Below, piece by piece: positions 40,940-58,449 of a DNA stretch of 64,000 nt. The notes under the pieces are model-generated. The model saw only the letters and a program-made list of their open reading frames with translations, was not told where the DNA came from and made no database searches. The first letter of the stretch is position 1. Each line of letters starts with the position of its first letter. The position numbers and the translations under genes were made by a program. Source of the DNA: Octopus vulgaris (Eukaryota); NCBI GenBank assembly GCA_951406725.2, contig OX597821.1, forward strand, positions 86,242,001-86,306,000, given 5' to 3'.

Positions 40940-41925
40940 ATATACAGATGACATCAAGCAGTACCTCGAAATAATGAGGACAGATCCTGTACACTATAGA
41001 TCTTTATTGCAATCAGACCTGGACACAATGCAGCAATGGATCATATGCTGGCAACTCAAGCTGGCTGTGGACAAATGCACCACCATACATTTTGGGAGGA
41101 AAAATCCAGCGTCTACTTACTGCCTCCACAAAATTAATCCCAAAAAGTCTTCTTGTGAACGTGACCTGGGCATTATTGTCGACAGCGATTTAAATTGGAC
41201 AAAACATATTGCTAAAATTGCCAAGAAGGCTGGGGGTGTCTTGGCATTACTTACCAAGTCCTTTGTGAGCCACTCTCCGGCTATCTATCTGAGGCTTTAT
41301 ATAGCTATGTAGTTGCCTCACCTGGAATTTGCATCACTGGTCTAGAACCCCTATCTTGCCCAGGATATTAATCGTCTGGAAACCGTTCAGCGACGTGCAG
41401 CCAAGAGAATACCCTCCATCAGTCATTCGCCATATTCTGAACGCCTTACTTCCTTGGGCATAGATACATTGAAACTCCGACGTCTGGCAACAAACTTGAC
41501 AGACACCCATAAAATTATTAACCATCTTACTAACAATAACTCTGAGCACCTTTTCAAACTCCACCTGTCTAACACCCGTGGACATGTTTACAAAGTCAGA
41601 AAACAGCACAGCTCCCATGACTCTCGGAAACAGTTTTTTCACGCTAAGAGTTGCTGAAGTATGGAACAAACTATCGGCATCATTTGTTAGTTGCCGGAGT
41701 ACCTCATCCTTCAAAACTTTTATTCTTCCTGAGATTTGCCGACACTACACCTGATTTTCTCCCCTCCATACACATGCAAGCATGTATCTGACTCATACAC
41801 TGTTCACTTTCCTGACATTTGTACATTACTGTATATGCTTTACAGGCACTTTTGAAAAGTTGTGCACCTGATCACTGTATACAATAATTTTATTATTATT
41901 ATTATCATTATTATTATTATTATTA
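40940..41925 (+). mobile_element. CR1/L2-like LINE 3' fragment
   Basis: YTDDIK, LQSDLD...W...WQL, ERDLGIIVD, TRGH; (TTA)n tail. Confidence 0.82.
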
Positions 41926-42886
41926 TGAGAAATTTGCATCGAATTTATCCGCATTTTCATTGTTAGAAATATACTCAAAGTGTCAAAAATGTTGAAGTGT
42001 AAATGGATTTTTGGAAAGCTCATTTCAACATATAAGGACACCTTGGATCATCAGAATGAATGTAAATTTGTCTATTTTCCAAAGAAGTTTAAAACCTCAA
42101 GTAAATGGTTCCTGTATCATTACAAATGCTCCAGCGGTGCACATGTACCTACCTTGGATCAAACATCTCCAAAATGCCTTAGCCAGATAAAAGTCGTTCT
42201 TACAAACTAAACGTATTACACTGCACTTGTGTAACGTATCACTTCAATATTGTCGGGCAATATCAACAATATAGAAAAGTCACCATTAAAGTTACCCGAG
42301 TAACAACAAGGGATATTAACCTATTTAAAGAACTCACAAATTCAAGAAAATATATCTAGTATTCGTCTTGTGAAACCAGTGGTGTTTTATGGGGATAGGC
42401 GTCAGTTTGGATACAGGCAGTTCTGTTAAGACTGCTGTTAGTGTTAGAATATAATTGTAGGTATATCAACGGAGAAAATGTCTGCCTAAAACTTTGATTT
42501 TTTTCCTTACATCTCACTAACATATACCCCTTTATTTTTTTTATAGTATCTTCGCCTTAATCATTACACAATTGAACTTAAGACATAGCCAGTATTTTAT
42601 CAAGTCGCATTCTATTTAACTGATTATCAAAGATTTATAGATATCCGACTTCATTTAAAAGAAGACTATCCGACTCCTCGACAAATATTCACTCACCATC
42701 CTGTTACAGTCACTGACCTGCAAATGCACTCTTTGCTATGTATTTTATCAAGGTTACCACAGCATACTTTCGTCTAGCTGCATACATTTTCTACTCCACA
42801 ACCACTCGGACATTTCAACTTTGATCGAAGAAATTGGAACAGTACCAAAAGGATTTTTACAAATATTATGTTGTAATGTAACTTAC

Positions 42887-43069
42887 CGAGCCTCCAATTG
42901 CCCATCCGAAAACAACTTCGTTACAGAAGTACCAGTCAATCGGCATATTTTTTGAATAGCATTTTGCTTCATATCCATTATTAATTCCTTTCGTAGTGTT
43001 TCTGTAACAGCCATATACTATCATATGGTGAACAAAGGCTTCATTTCCTTCTTGGATGTAAGGAGAAAG
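42887..43069 (-). CDS. MOXD1: DBH-like monooxygenase exon 5 (CuH His-His)
   Basis: tttcag|LSPYIQEGNEAFVHHMIVYGC...FGWAIGGS|gtaagt. VHHM and WAIGG motifs, 183 nt. Confidence 0.92.
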
Positions 43070-43925
43070 CTGAAAGAAAATAAATTTTTAATCTTGTAGG
43101 AATTTTATTAATATTGATTTTTACAAAAGTTTACTATCCAGTTCTCTCGCATCCGAATTTTTGGTTAAAAAATACAAATTTTTCTACGATAAAGGCAGCT
43201 CTATTTTGTTGAAATAATATTTCTGTTTGTATTTCGAGGTTTTACTGACCTATCTTGCCAACCGACCTATCTTGCCAACCGACCTATCTTGCTCCACGGC
43301 CTTACTTTTGTAGTAAATAAAAAATACATTGACAAACTTTTTCCATTGAGACAAGCGATAAAAACGAACGTGGAAAATATCGATCTAAGGATTTCTAATA
43401 TAGGCACAAAAAACAAACAAACGAAAAAGACAAAATTAAAAGAAAGAGTTCCAATGGATTAAACTGATATTGTTTAAGGTCGAAACTTGTCCGTTGATTT
43501 CACCATTTTATGTTGATGACCAGATGCAGATGCACATCCTCTAAATTTTCTATTTTGTCCAGAATTTTCGTCCAGCGGATCTTCTTGGAGTTATACCTTT
43601 TTTAGTTGCTATTAGTTTTGAACACTCCTAGAAGGAAAACTTCTCTTTTCGTAACTTGCATTATCTAAATTAGTCATAAATTTCTACATTACACATTATA
43701 ATATGAAGAGCACCCAGATATCTGCCTAAACGGTAGAAGTGAAAATTTTAATCCCTGCCCGCATGAAAGGAAAGAAAGTACATCCAATCATACCATGCGT
43801 GCCTCAGCATGCTTATGGTCACCAGTCCCCCCCAGGTTCATTCTTTCTCAGCTCATAGTACACGTTCAATTTGCATAGGACTACAAAAAGTGGGATCAAG
43901 GCTATAACAAATAACAAAGGTGAAC

Positions 43926-44310
43926 AGGAGTGGCTGTGTGGTAAGTAGCTTGTTTACCAACCATATGGTTCCGGGTTCAGTCCCACTGCATGGCACCTTG
44001 GGCAAGCGTCTTCTACTATAGCCTCGGGCCGACCAAAGCCTTGTGAGTGGATTTGGTAGACGGAAACTGAAAGAAGCCTGTCGTATATATACATATATAA
44101 ATGCGTATGTGTGTCTGTGTTTGTCCCCCTAGCATTGCTTGACAACCGATGCTGGTGTGTTTATGTCCCCGTTACCCAGCAGTTCGGCAAAAGAGACCGA
44201 TAGAATAAGTACTGGGCTTACAAAAGAATAAGTCCCGGGATCGAGTTGCTCGATTAAAGGCGGTGCTCCAGCATGGCCGCAGTCAAATGACTGAAACAAG
44301 TAAAAGAGAA
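43926..44310 (+). mobile_element. SINE family A
   Basis: Near-identical copy. Confidence 0.85.
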
Positions 44311-44319
44311 AGAGAGAAA

Positions 44320-48000
<3,681 letters not shown>

Positions 48001-48019
48001 TTGCAAAATGTACCCTCTC

Positions 48020-48830
48020 CTTCTTCCTGCAAAATGTCCCCTCTCCTTCTTCCTGCATGTTTCGGATTAGAGGACGGGGTTTGAGGGATATCTTGCCTGC
48101 TTGAACTGGGTCACTGGTGAGCTGTTTTAATCAGCGGACGACATCACCGTTATAGTGTCTGACACTTCGGATACAAACCGATTGGAATTATACTGAAAGA
48201 GAAGCAAGTACGTACATGAGTGCACATAACCCAGTACAGCTTAGAAAGGCAAATGCATATCAACAGGCTGTGCCGCTGGACCGAGGGTGTAGGGAAAGCG
48301 TTCAGTGTCTGGTTCAGAGTAAACTTCTAGGTGGGAAGGAACTAGGAGAGGATCGAGTGTCCGTTGGCCAATCTCATTCACAAATGAGGTGAGAGGAAGG
48401 ATAGAAGTGTTGATGGTGCACTACAGTCTGACCGTCGTAACTTGTCCCAAGGAACATTTTTTAGGAATGGAGCACATGCTTTTCCACTTGATATAGAAGA
48501 GAGAGGCGCCGCAAGTCAGCAAGTCCATCTGCTACAAGCACCCACATCATGGTGGTCACAGAAACCCTTCCTTATGATACGCCAGTATGCTTTGAGTCTG
48601 ATGCATCTACTGAAGTACATCGGTAACAGTACAATGGTAACGGTGACGACGAAAATGCCGGTGAACTGGCGTGGTCGTCTTTGATGAGACTCGTCTTCCT
48701 GCAGCTCGTCTCATTGACATGTTGCAATATAGGATGAAGCACGGGACCTCGGCCTTCGGCATCTAGATTATTGCCAGCTGGAAACGGCCACCGGCATGAA
48801 AAGAACTCTACATTTCTATAGAGTATTAAT
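48020..48830 (+). mobile_element. highly decayed L1/Tx1-like fragment
   Basis: ADDITVIVSD and nucleotide similarity to the other copies. Confidence 0.55.
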
Positions 48831-49130
48831 TATATAAAGGGTTAGGTTGAAAACAAGATGATCTAATTTCGGCTGAAAAGTGTTTCATACGGGGCCTGGA
48901 GGCTCAGTGATGATCTAGGGTTAAAGAACAGCAGTGTATAAACAAGGTGATGTTAATGAAAGTTGTCAGTCATCTTAACTATATGATCGAGTGCTCAGCA
49001 TTTATCAAATTAATGTTAGATCTTCATTAGCTGACATTTTAGAAGGGTTGTAAGAAGAGAAAGGAGGTGCAAGCAAATACATGGAACTAATAAAGAAAAT
49101 ATCGAATAGGTAAAGAAACAAAATACATAC

Positions 49131-49214
49131 CACAATAGCATGTACTTGCTCGTCAAGTTGTGGTGTTTCAAACGATTTACACCAATAAGTAGTTTTTGAC
49201 TTTGGAATTTGAGT
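49131..49214 (-). CDS. MOXD1: DBH-like monooxygenase exon 4 (Cu domain N start)
   Basis: tttcag|TQIPKSKTTYWCKSFETPQLDEQVHAIV|gtatgt. TTYWC family motif, 84 nt. Confidence 0.9.
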
Positions 49215-49317
49215 CTGAAATCAATTTTAAAAACAGTTATAATTGCAATAAATGGTTATAATAAAATAATGAAAACAATTTAGGATCTTTGTAATGATTA
49301 AAATAGATTCTCTTAGG

Positions 49318-49709
49318 CTTTTATTTCATTCATTTAACTGTGGCTATACTGGAGCACCTCCTTAAAGGGTTTTTAGTCGAAGAAATCGACCCCAAAACAT
49401 ATTCTTTGTAAGTCTAGTAATTATTCTATCGTTCTCTTTTGCCGAACAGCTAGGATACGGAGACGAAAACACACCAACATCGTCTGTCAAGCAATGGTGA
49501 GAGGGCAACCACCGACACAAAGACACCAACACATAAATACAAACATACACACATATATACGAAAGGCTTCTTTCAGTATCCGTCTAATAGATCCACCCAC
49601 AAGGCTTTTGTCGACCCGAGGCTGTAGTAGAAGACACTTGTCTAAGGTACTACACAGTAGGACTGAACCCGGAACCGTGTGGTTGAGAAGTAAGCTTCTT
49701 AGCATACAG

Positions 49710-49763
<54 letters not shown>

Positions 49764-49950
49764 CGCTATATATATATATATATATAGACGCAGGTGAAGC
49801 TGTGTGGTGAAAAACGTGCTTTCGAACCACATGGTTCCGGGTTTAGCCCCAATGCGTGGAAAATTGGGCAAGTGTCTTCTACTAAAGCGTCGGGCTGACC
49901 AAAGTCTTGTGGATGGATCTGGTAGACGGAGACTGAAAGAAGCTTGTCGT
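49318..49950. mobile_element. two diverged SINE A copies head-to-head around (TA)n
   Basis: 49318-49710 on the minus strand and a partial copy at 49790-49950 on the plus strand. Confidence 0.8.
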
Positions 49951-50128
49951 ATATATATATATATATATATATATATAAGTAATAGTGTACATTTAAACAC
50001 AAAAGAAAACTGCCTTCAACAGGCAGTTTTTACACGCTAGAAGAAGTAGTCAAAACGACCAAAACCACATTTAAGAGCAATCTTCAAAAGGAATGAGAAA
50101 TAAAAACTTTTACCTTGTTATTTTATTC

Positions 50129-50203
50129 CGGTTAGACCTAGGTTTCAAAATTTTTTTAGCAAATAAAATAATTTACTAGGACAAAATTTCTCATCAGTGA
50201 CCG
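50129..50203 (-). ncRNA. type-I hammerhead ribozyme fold
   Basis: CGGTCA-CTGATGA-GAAATTTT...AAAATTTT-GAAAC-CTAG-GTC^TAACCG. Confidence 0.75.
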
Positions 50204-50674
50204 CGCCATAACACTAACATATAATTAAGAGACAAAGAATACGTGTTTCATCGTTATACATTATAATTTTTCAAATTCACCGCGCAAGCGCAGTTTCAAT
50301 CGGCATGCTAGGTCACTGGTAGTGAAATTTCAAAAAAAACCCAAAAAAACCTCACTAAAGAACATAAAGAACATTCCCCACCTTCGAAACGAGGAGTAGA
50401 TAAAACAGGGGACAACAGATGGAGGGAATGTTCTTTATATTTCCTGTTCCGTTTCTCTATTTGTTTCTTTTGTTGTTTGAAAAAAAGTTCGTTTTCTGTG
50501 TTTTTGTTTTTTATGTTCTCGTTTCTCATTTTGATGACGTTATTTTGATGTTCTGTACCCATATATGTATGTATATGTACATATATATGTAGGTATGTAC
50601 ATATATGTATGTATATATGCATATGTTATTCATATTATTATACGATCGAATGCCACGCATCCATTTTCAAGTAC

Positions 50675-50733
<59 letters not shown>

Positions 50734-50744
50734 TTTTTCTTTTC

Positions 50745-50978
50745 TCAAGCCATGCCTGGCTCATAGGGCCGGGTTCCAGTCGCCTGGGCGTATAGGTACC
50801 CCACCTGAACGGGATGCCGGTCCGTCGCATGTGAGCTGCAACATGCAGGAGGAAAGAGTAAGAGAAAGTTGTGGCGGAAGAGTCAGCAGAAGTTCGCCAT
50901 TACTTTCTGCCGGAGCCGCGTGGAGTTTAGGTGTTCCGCTCATAAACACACAGATCGCCCGGTAAGAGATTCGAAGTT
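50745..50978 (-). repeat. third interspersed repeat (SINE-like)
   Basis: Homologous to 27435-27555 (AGCCATG...GAGCTGCAA.ATGCAGGAGGAAAGAG). Confidence 0.65.
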
Positions 50979-51413
50979 TTATCCCTAATAGTTATTTGGA
51001 CTTTGGCTGTTCTTTCTAGCGTGCCAGGAATCCTATGACAGATACCTCTTTTGTGTTTAAATGTACACTGTATTTATATGAATAATATATAGTGTATTGA
51101 CTAATTTTTCTACACGCTTGGTCACTGGTAGTAAAAATTTCTAAAATCTTTATTACTCTGTTATTATTAATATATATATATAGTGGCTATATTTTTGAAT
51201 TGGATTATTTTTAAATTGAATTAATTTTAATATTATGGATTTTATATCGATTTAACGATATAGTCACGAATCGCGCGTAGTTAATTTAATGTTTATTTAA
51301 TTTAGTGATTTTTAGAATAATATTTATCATGATATATTTAAATTTTTCTATATGATTTAATATAAATAACTTTCACTATCAATTGAATTACCTAATAGAG
51401 GTTATTTCTCCTA

Positions 51414-51519
<106 letters not shown>

Positions 51520-51549
51520 TTATTAACGGTCAATTCAGGAATATGCCCG

Positions 51550-51810
51550 ATTGGAACTCAGAAAGTACTGGCAGGCGAAATACCTATTTCTTTACGACCC
51601 ACAAGGGGCTAAACACAGAGAGGACAAACAAGGACAGACAAACGTATTATGTCGATTATATCGACCCCAGTGCGTAACTGATACTTTATTTATCCGAAAG
51701 GATGAAAGGCAAAGTCGACCTCGGCGGAATTTGATCTCAGAGCGTAACGGCAGACGAAATACCGCCAAGCATTTCGCCCGACGTGCTAACGACTCTGCCA
51801 GCTCGCCGCC
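51550..51810 (-). mobile_element. SINE family B
   Basis: Monomer plus the start of a second unit. Confidence 0.8.
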
Positions 51811-52351
51811 TTCTTCCTCAAATATATTTTTCCGTCCCTTGGTATTTTAGAATCGACATCGATATATGACAGATGTATTTTTTCAAAACTGTAGGTATCA
51901 AAATGTAGGTTCGACTTTTATGGAGTTCGAAAGTAGATCACGCTTTGTTTTTATAGCTTTATCAGAGGCAAAATGTCAGCACCTGAGGAAGAAATGAAGT
52001 TTTCGGAGACCGAGATCGAAAGGAACAGAGATGACTTCACCGAAGGAATCCAGGCACCTAATGGTGGCAATGTTACGGATGAAGTTTATCACCTAAGAGA
52101 GAAGAGGTTAAATAGTATTTTTTTAATTATTATTTAGCCTGTCAACTTTACTAATCTCCATTACGTTGGTCAAATTCACGTTTCGATTTTGTATTGTAAA
52201 AAGGATTACAAACAGATAAATAGAAAATGAATGAATGAATTAAAAATATTAAAAGGATTATGAATTCTTACTTCATTCATTCTGAAATAAAAGAATAAAT
52301 AAATAAATTGATTAATTAAATAAACAAATTAAAAGGAATATAAATTCTTAC

Positions 52352-52510
52352 ATCATTCATTCTGAATTGTATAGCAAATGTATCGTTTGGCATTACTGGC
52401 TCAGGCAACTGTTCTTGAAGCAGATACAGACTTTTGACGCCATCCGGTTGCAAGTTGTCACTTACATTGTCTGTCTTACCGTAGCCCCACAGGACTCTCA
52501 TTGTATTTTG
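52352..52510 (-). CDS. MOXD1: DBH-like monooxygenase exon 3 (DOMON end/linker)
   Basis: ttgtag|QNTMRVLWGYG...GVKSLYLL...QFRMND|gtaaga. 159 nt, phase 0/0. Confidence 0.88.
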
Positions 52511-55417
52511 CTACAAAAGAAAAGAAGAAAGACTCTTATCATAATCCTCTTATTCCCTTCTACCTCTTCCACGTCATCACGATCATCATCATCCTCATCA
52601 TCCTTCACTACTTCATCAAATTCAAAACCAATTTCATCAGGATCAGCACCATTATCATCAAAAGCAACAATATTCACGAGCGATATGAGACGTCTGCTCA
52701 ATCTGGAAGAAAAAGCATCTAAATTTCCTCATCTCATTATTTCAAAATTTCTTCAAAGTGGAAGCGCGCGACGGATAATGCAGTCCAAGTTAAATTAGAC
52801 TGGTACCGACTGGATTGACTTTGATTATGAATCTGACTGATCAGGGCTGACCTGAGGTCTAAAATCAAACAGAGGTGGTTGAGAATGGAACGCTTTTGAT
52901 TATTTCGACTTCCTCTAATCAGCTGTCTACAGTCAGCAATAAATATTGGATCTTTTAAAGTCGATATTTTGTTACGTTAACGAAACCTGGTCATTTTAAA
53001 ATCAAGCAGCCACGTAAAGTATCCTTCCGTACGAAAGGGTTTTACAAAGAATTCTTTGGGTGCCTTTAATCTATTGAATATATAATCTAGAGGAATATTT
53101 GAATTCTTCACCGCATTGCAAAGTATCGCACAAATCAATTTTACTTTGCAGGTATGGCTTATAACTGTGGACCGTTTCCTCAAAGTAATACGTATCTTAG
53201 ACTTTACAGATGCAATCTAATACTTGACATAAGACAAACACTGATATTACCGATGCAAGTTGATGAGAGATTTATCATATACTAAAAAGAACTTGGAAAA
53301 CTGTAACGCCACCAGATTTCGTTGTCATTTATTAAATTACAGAAATTAGATTTAAGCCTTTTTGTCTAGAAACGATAAGTCAATATTAACATATTAACCT
53401 AATTTCGAATTGTTTTGCAGTGAAGTATATATTTTGCTTAATGATTACATTAATTTCGGCAAGTACAGAAGATAACACTGTACACGTTTTAGCTGAATTA
53501 GACCTTCTCAGCATAAAGTGAATTTCACCGTAATTGCTTAAATAATGATGAGAGAATCACAAAATAGATATATGATATAGTACATGAGTAGGCGTAAAAT
53601 ATTAATACATTTAATAAATAAGTGTCCCACATCATATTCTTTTTTAAATTCCGCCTTCATAGAAAATAATATTTAAAGCCAGCATTAACACAGTTTATAT
53701 TATGTGCACTAAAAATCGGCGAGGAAATGACAATATTATCTCATTGACATACTATTATAATAATTTCGGTAAATACCAAAGAAAATTAACAATTAGGTGT
53801 GTGATTATAACCAATTACACATTATTTAATTCACTTTTCTTCTGCTAACTACTCTTGCGATGTATATATATTTTACAACTAACATATATATAGGCAGCTA
53901 TATCTCTGTAGAACATACAGTTTTTTTGTATTGGTTTCTTTGACTATGAATTACCGCATTCACCTGGAAACTTTATAAGTTACAAACATAATTAAGATCT
54001 TAAATGTTATTGAATAATTTTGATATTTGTATTTCAATATGGTAAAACTAAAACTATACAGCTAAACCTCGTGTAAAAATTGTTTAAAATAAAGATTGCT
54101 ATCGTTGGCATCAGTGGGAGTTGACCGTCGAGCCTCGCCGGTCTAGGGGCTTGTTCACAATAAATATATACATCAGGGCCTAGTGCACTGATTTGCTCGG
54201 GGCCTATAATACTACAAAGACGGTCCTAATTGCAATAAATTTTGGGGAAGGTACGTTTGATAAAACAAGTCTGTGCTTCATTTTATTGACAGCGGGATGA
54301 TAAATGCAAAGTCGATTAGAGGGGAATTTTAACAGAGTCGTAACAACATATGGCAAGGGATTTCATCTAATCCAGTCCCATTTTTATTAGTCCCTTGCAA
54401 TTTAAATAAACACTTATGAGACTTGCACAAGGCCATATATTTAAAAGTGGGTTTACTCGATTGCAACAATTCAAGTACTAGTACAGGTACAAGACAGGAA
54501 AGTACTAGACAGGTACCAGACAGGAAAAGATAAGTTAATATCCGGCGGAATTGAAACACGAACATAAAAAGTTGTAAGAAAAATACCACAACATATTTTG
54601 TTCGTAGCTCGTAACGTAACTAGTTTTGCCAAAGTACAACTAAAAAATATTCAAAAACAGGAATGAGAAACAGTATATAATACAGGTCGTAGGAAACGTG
54701 CATCAACGATAAAACAAAAATGAAGCATAGTAGATTGTTGTTTACAAGATTTTGACAAGATTTGACAAAATTTGAATGATACTCAAAGTTAGCAAGATAT
54801 TACACGTAATAAATAAATCAAGACGGGTTTTCATTCCTTGACTGATATACGCATAAATAAATAGATAAATAAATAAAGTTTATCTGTCAGCTGGAGACAG
54901 TAAACGATTACCTTTAACGATGGGAGTCGTTAAAGTCTAACACAGAAAAGAGGAAATAATTTCAAGAAATTAAAAGTCAATTACAAAAATTAGTTATTTT
55001 TATAAGCGTGATCGGAAACAGTGGCTTCCATATTTTTGCCTTATAAGTCACTGTCAGCGAAAAATAAAGAATACTACCTGCTCTATCATGCTAACAATGC
55101 TTTGCTGACGTAGTCTAGGAAGCTCAAAACAAATCACACCATCCTTCCTTCCAATATAAAGATCATGTTTCCTGATAAGTATAAAATTAATAGCTTTAAA
55201 TTAATTCTTAATTACTTGAAAATATTTCCATTCTTCTTTGCAACAAACAACTGCAGCTTGCTTTATATTCCTCTCGCTAAAAATGTAAATCTTGTAAAAT
55301 ATGTTACGTACGCCATTTTGTATATGAACACTTGCTCAATCTATTTCATTAATTCCTATTACGTCTTTAATTAAGTAGTTTATCTTAGCTAAATTTTGTA
55401 TAAAATAAAATACTTAC

Positions 55418-55561
55418 TGTGATATTCATCTTCATATTTGGCCCAGAAAGTTCTCTAGAGAATGTCAATGTTGTTTCCATGTTAGACTCATTGGAGTACA
55501 TAAGATGCCATTCACTGATTGATTGTAAAGACAATTTTCCGTCACTATTGCCATAATAGTT
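55418..55561 (-). CDS. MOXD1: DBH-like monooxygenase exon 2 (DOMON)
   Basis: ttgcag|NYYGNSDG...WHLMYSNESNMETTLTFSREL...NIT|gtaagt. 144 nt, phase 0/0. Confidence 0.88.
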
Positions 55562-55759
55562 CTGCAATAAGACAAATGTATATATATATATATAGTTGAG
55601 AAGGTTGGTGTGTGAAAGCACGTGGTTGAATATATAGAAAATAGTAAAAAGTGAAAAAAACTACAGAAGGCTTGTTTTAAAAGGTTAAAAAATATATATT
55701 TGAGTCATTATGTCAGAAGAATGTTATAAACTTTTTTTCATACAGTGACATAGTTTTTG

Positions 55760-56265
55760 AAGAAATTACCGGTTTCGTGTTTAACATTTCAAATTTCTCA
55801 AAACATCGTTATGATTTCGTTAAGAAGTGTAAAGAAGAGTTCCAGGTAAGGGGAGGTAATAAGTGATTTCTTCCGATGTAAGGGAGATAATCGCTTTATA
55901 TTTCTTGCCTTTTTTTAATGGGGTGAGTTTCTCTATATAAGAATGTTAGAGTGGTTAAGTTTGGGCTTATATTTTTCAATGAATAATGTTTCCTTGTTTA
56001 GTCTAATTTGTGTTGGTGTTCCAATAGCACATTGGTAAAATGGAAAGATTAAAAATTGTGGTAGTAGTTGCTTTGCGTATTTCTCAATATGCTCTTTAAA
56101 GGGTATCATTCTGTATTCTGGGAATGCAATCTGTTGTCGATGCAGTGTGCATCTACGTCTGAGTGATAGTCCCGTGGACCCCACGTACTCTTGGTGGCAG
56201 CTCGAGCATCTTGTGACATAAATTGTTTTCAGAGGCACAAGTAAAATTAGATTTGACCTTGAAAT
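55760..56265 (-). mobile_element. Penelope-like GIY-YIG fragment
   Basis: TIYVTRCSSCHQEYVGSTG.SLRRR...ETLFIEKYKPKLN. Confidence 0.82.
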
Positions 56266-56364
56266 TTTGTCCCTCTTTGTATATATATGTATATATATGT
56301 ATATATGTATATGTATATGTATGTATGTGTATGTATGTATGTATGTATGTATGTATGTATAAAA

Positions 56365-56404
<40 letters not shown>

Positions 56405-56604
56405 CAGGTATGTATTTTTCCCTTGTTTACAATTAACACAGACAAATAGACAAACATTGACCAGGGCAGCAAAAAATCACTGAAGTAAAAAGGGCTTAAC
56501 ACCTTATTTTTAAACGTAGAAAATCCGGTTTTATGTGAAATATTTTTTATAATATATATGAATAAATAAATGGAGTTAAACGCGGGTGTTATTCAAATTC
56601 TTTT

Positions 56605-56693
56605 ACTTCCGAAACATGTTTCGAAGACATCATTGGTACTATTTCAAAGGAATAAAATGGTGTAAAACAATGTAATCTTCTCTTCAGGGAAAT
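56605..56693 (-). ncRNA. hammerhead fold with weakened stem III
   Basis: ATTTCC-CTGAAGA-GAAGA...TCTTC-GAAAC-ATGT-TTC^GGAAGT. Confidence 0.55.
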
Positions 56694-56744
56694 GAAGAAA
56701 TAAAACTCTTCAATAGTACATTTTAACAGAATATCATTGGGGCC

Positions 56745-57088
56745 TTAACGATCTCGTCGAGGTTCAGAGTTCTTCTCGTTACACCCTGCCATGCCATGCT
56801 TCGGTAGTATTGTCATGCTATGTCCACTACACGCACCACTCTCATGTTTATCAATGATTTCTTTCTTCAATTCTATCGCAATGAGCTTTTTCTTCTTCTC
56901 AGCATTCTTTGGACTAACCTTCTTAGGACCCATGGGAAAAACATAATAGGGATGTTGCCATAACGAGAGGAATGCGTGAAATGAGCACTTGTATGAAACT
57001 CGTTGGTACTGCGGATTTACACTCGCACGAGCCTCGGCTCGTACAGCAAATTGATCATAAATCGGTGCACTCGTACTGCGAGGTTCTA

Positions 57089-57095
<7 letters not shown>
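56745..57095 (-). mobile_element. pogo/Tigger-like transposon 5' fragment
   Basis: TA-CA..GTAGAACCTCG-type terminus and MGPKK...IAIELKKEIIDKHESG CENP-B-like HTH start. Confidence 0.6.
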
Positions 57096-57135
<40 letters not shown>

Positions 57136-57141
57136 ACTTTC

Positions 57142-57374
57142 TTATTTCTTTACTACCCACAGAGAGCTACGCACAGAGGGGACAAATAAGGACAGACAAA
57201 CGGATCAAGTCGATTATATCGACCTCAGTGCGTAACTGGTACTTATTTTAATCGACCCCGAAAGGATGAAAGGCAAAGTCGACCTCGGCGAAATTTGAAC
57301 TCATAACGTAACGGCAGACGAAATACCGCTAAGCATTTCGCCCGGCGTGCTAACGTTTCTGCCAGCTCGCCGCC
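57142..57374 (-). mobile_element. SINE family B monomer
   Basis: Complete copy. A diverged partial copy lies at 23625-23766. Confidence 0.85.
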
Positions 57375-57466
57375 TTACACACAAGCTTCTTACTACACAA
57401 CCACACCACGCCTGCGCCTATAATAGATAGATAGCTAATACATACAAACATACCGACAGACAGACA

Positions 57467-57555
<89 letters not shown>

Positions 57556-57766
57556 TGAAATAGAAAGATGAATAATCTTGTTGCAGATTAATCAAAAGTT
57601 TAACCGATACCTTGGTAGCAAAAATCACACCAGAAGACAGCACGGTTGGAGGTACAACCATATGGTGTTGCAACCATGCGTTGGTGCGGATAATTGAATT
57701 TTAATATTATTAGTGAATTGAAGAAATGGAGTTGAACGAAGATTGAACAGAAATCGTTTTATTGCA

Positions 57767-57846
57767 TTCTACACGTGTTTCGAAAGCCACAATTTACCAA
57801 ATTCCGATTGAATAAGGAGACCATATTGTGTCTTTCTCTTCAGGAA
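57767..57846 (-). ncRNA. type-I hammerhead ribozyme fold
   Basis: TTC-CTGAAGA-GAAAGaCACAAT...ATTGTGgCTTTC-GAAAC-ACGT-GTA^GAA. Confidence 0.75.
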
Positions 57847-58414
57847 GAAATAGGAAATCCGTTGGAAAAAACAAAAACAGAACAGAGGCGGAGCATAACA
57901 AATCGAACGAGGCTCCTAAGAGCCCATGGCCAAACTGTTTTTCAATGTATGTTGAAAACGGGTGGTGGGTGCGTTGAAGATTTTAACTGGTCAGGCAGCG
58001 GTCATTCCGGTGGGTGAGAGCACGGGGTGCTTAGATGTTCTTTGTGATCGAGACTAAAGTTCTGACTATTTAAAGAATATTAGGTGTATTATATGGGGCG
58101 AGACAAAATCTACTTAGAAACATGTGTGTGTGTACTGTTCTATATATGCGCGGCCGCAAGTTGGTAAGAAGCGCTACACTCTGGTCACTGCTGAGAAATC
58201 CGTCAGGGGGTAGAAAATATTTTATGTGTTCGTATGTGCGTTTGATCGCGCGGCCGTCAGTTGGTAAACAGCCCTACACAAAGGTCACTGCTGTAAAATC
58301 CGTCAGGCGGCAGAAAAATATTTTATGTGTGCGTGTGTTCGTCTAATCATGCCTTGTCAAAGAAACCCCCCGTCGTCAAAACAAAACACGTGTTTTGACG
58401 ACGGGGGTTTCACT

Positions 58415-58445
<31 letters not shown>

Positions 58446-58449
58446 CCCA

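Noticed and set aside
42690-42830. Possible exon 6 directly after exon 5 (GTGAGT donor present)
   Set aside because: No monooxygenase motif; the real HYDNP exon is at 35241-35343.
52498-52701. Acidic ORF (DDEDDDDRDD)
   Set aside because: Low-complexity intronic (GAT)n-like sequence abutting the exon 3 acceptor.
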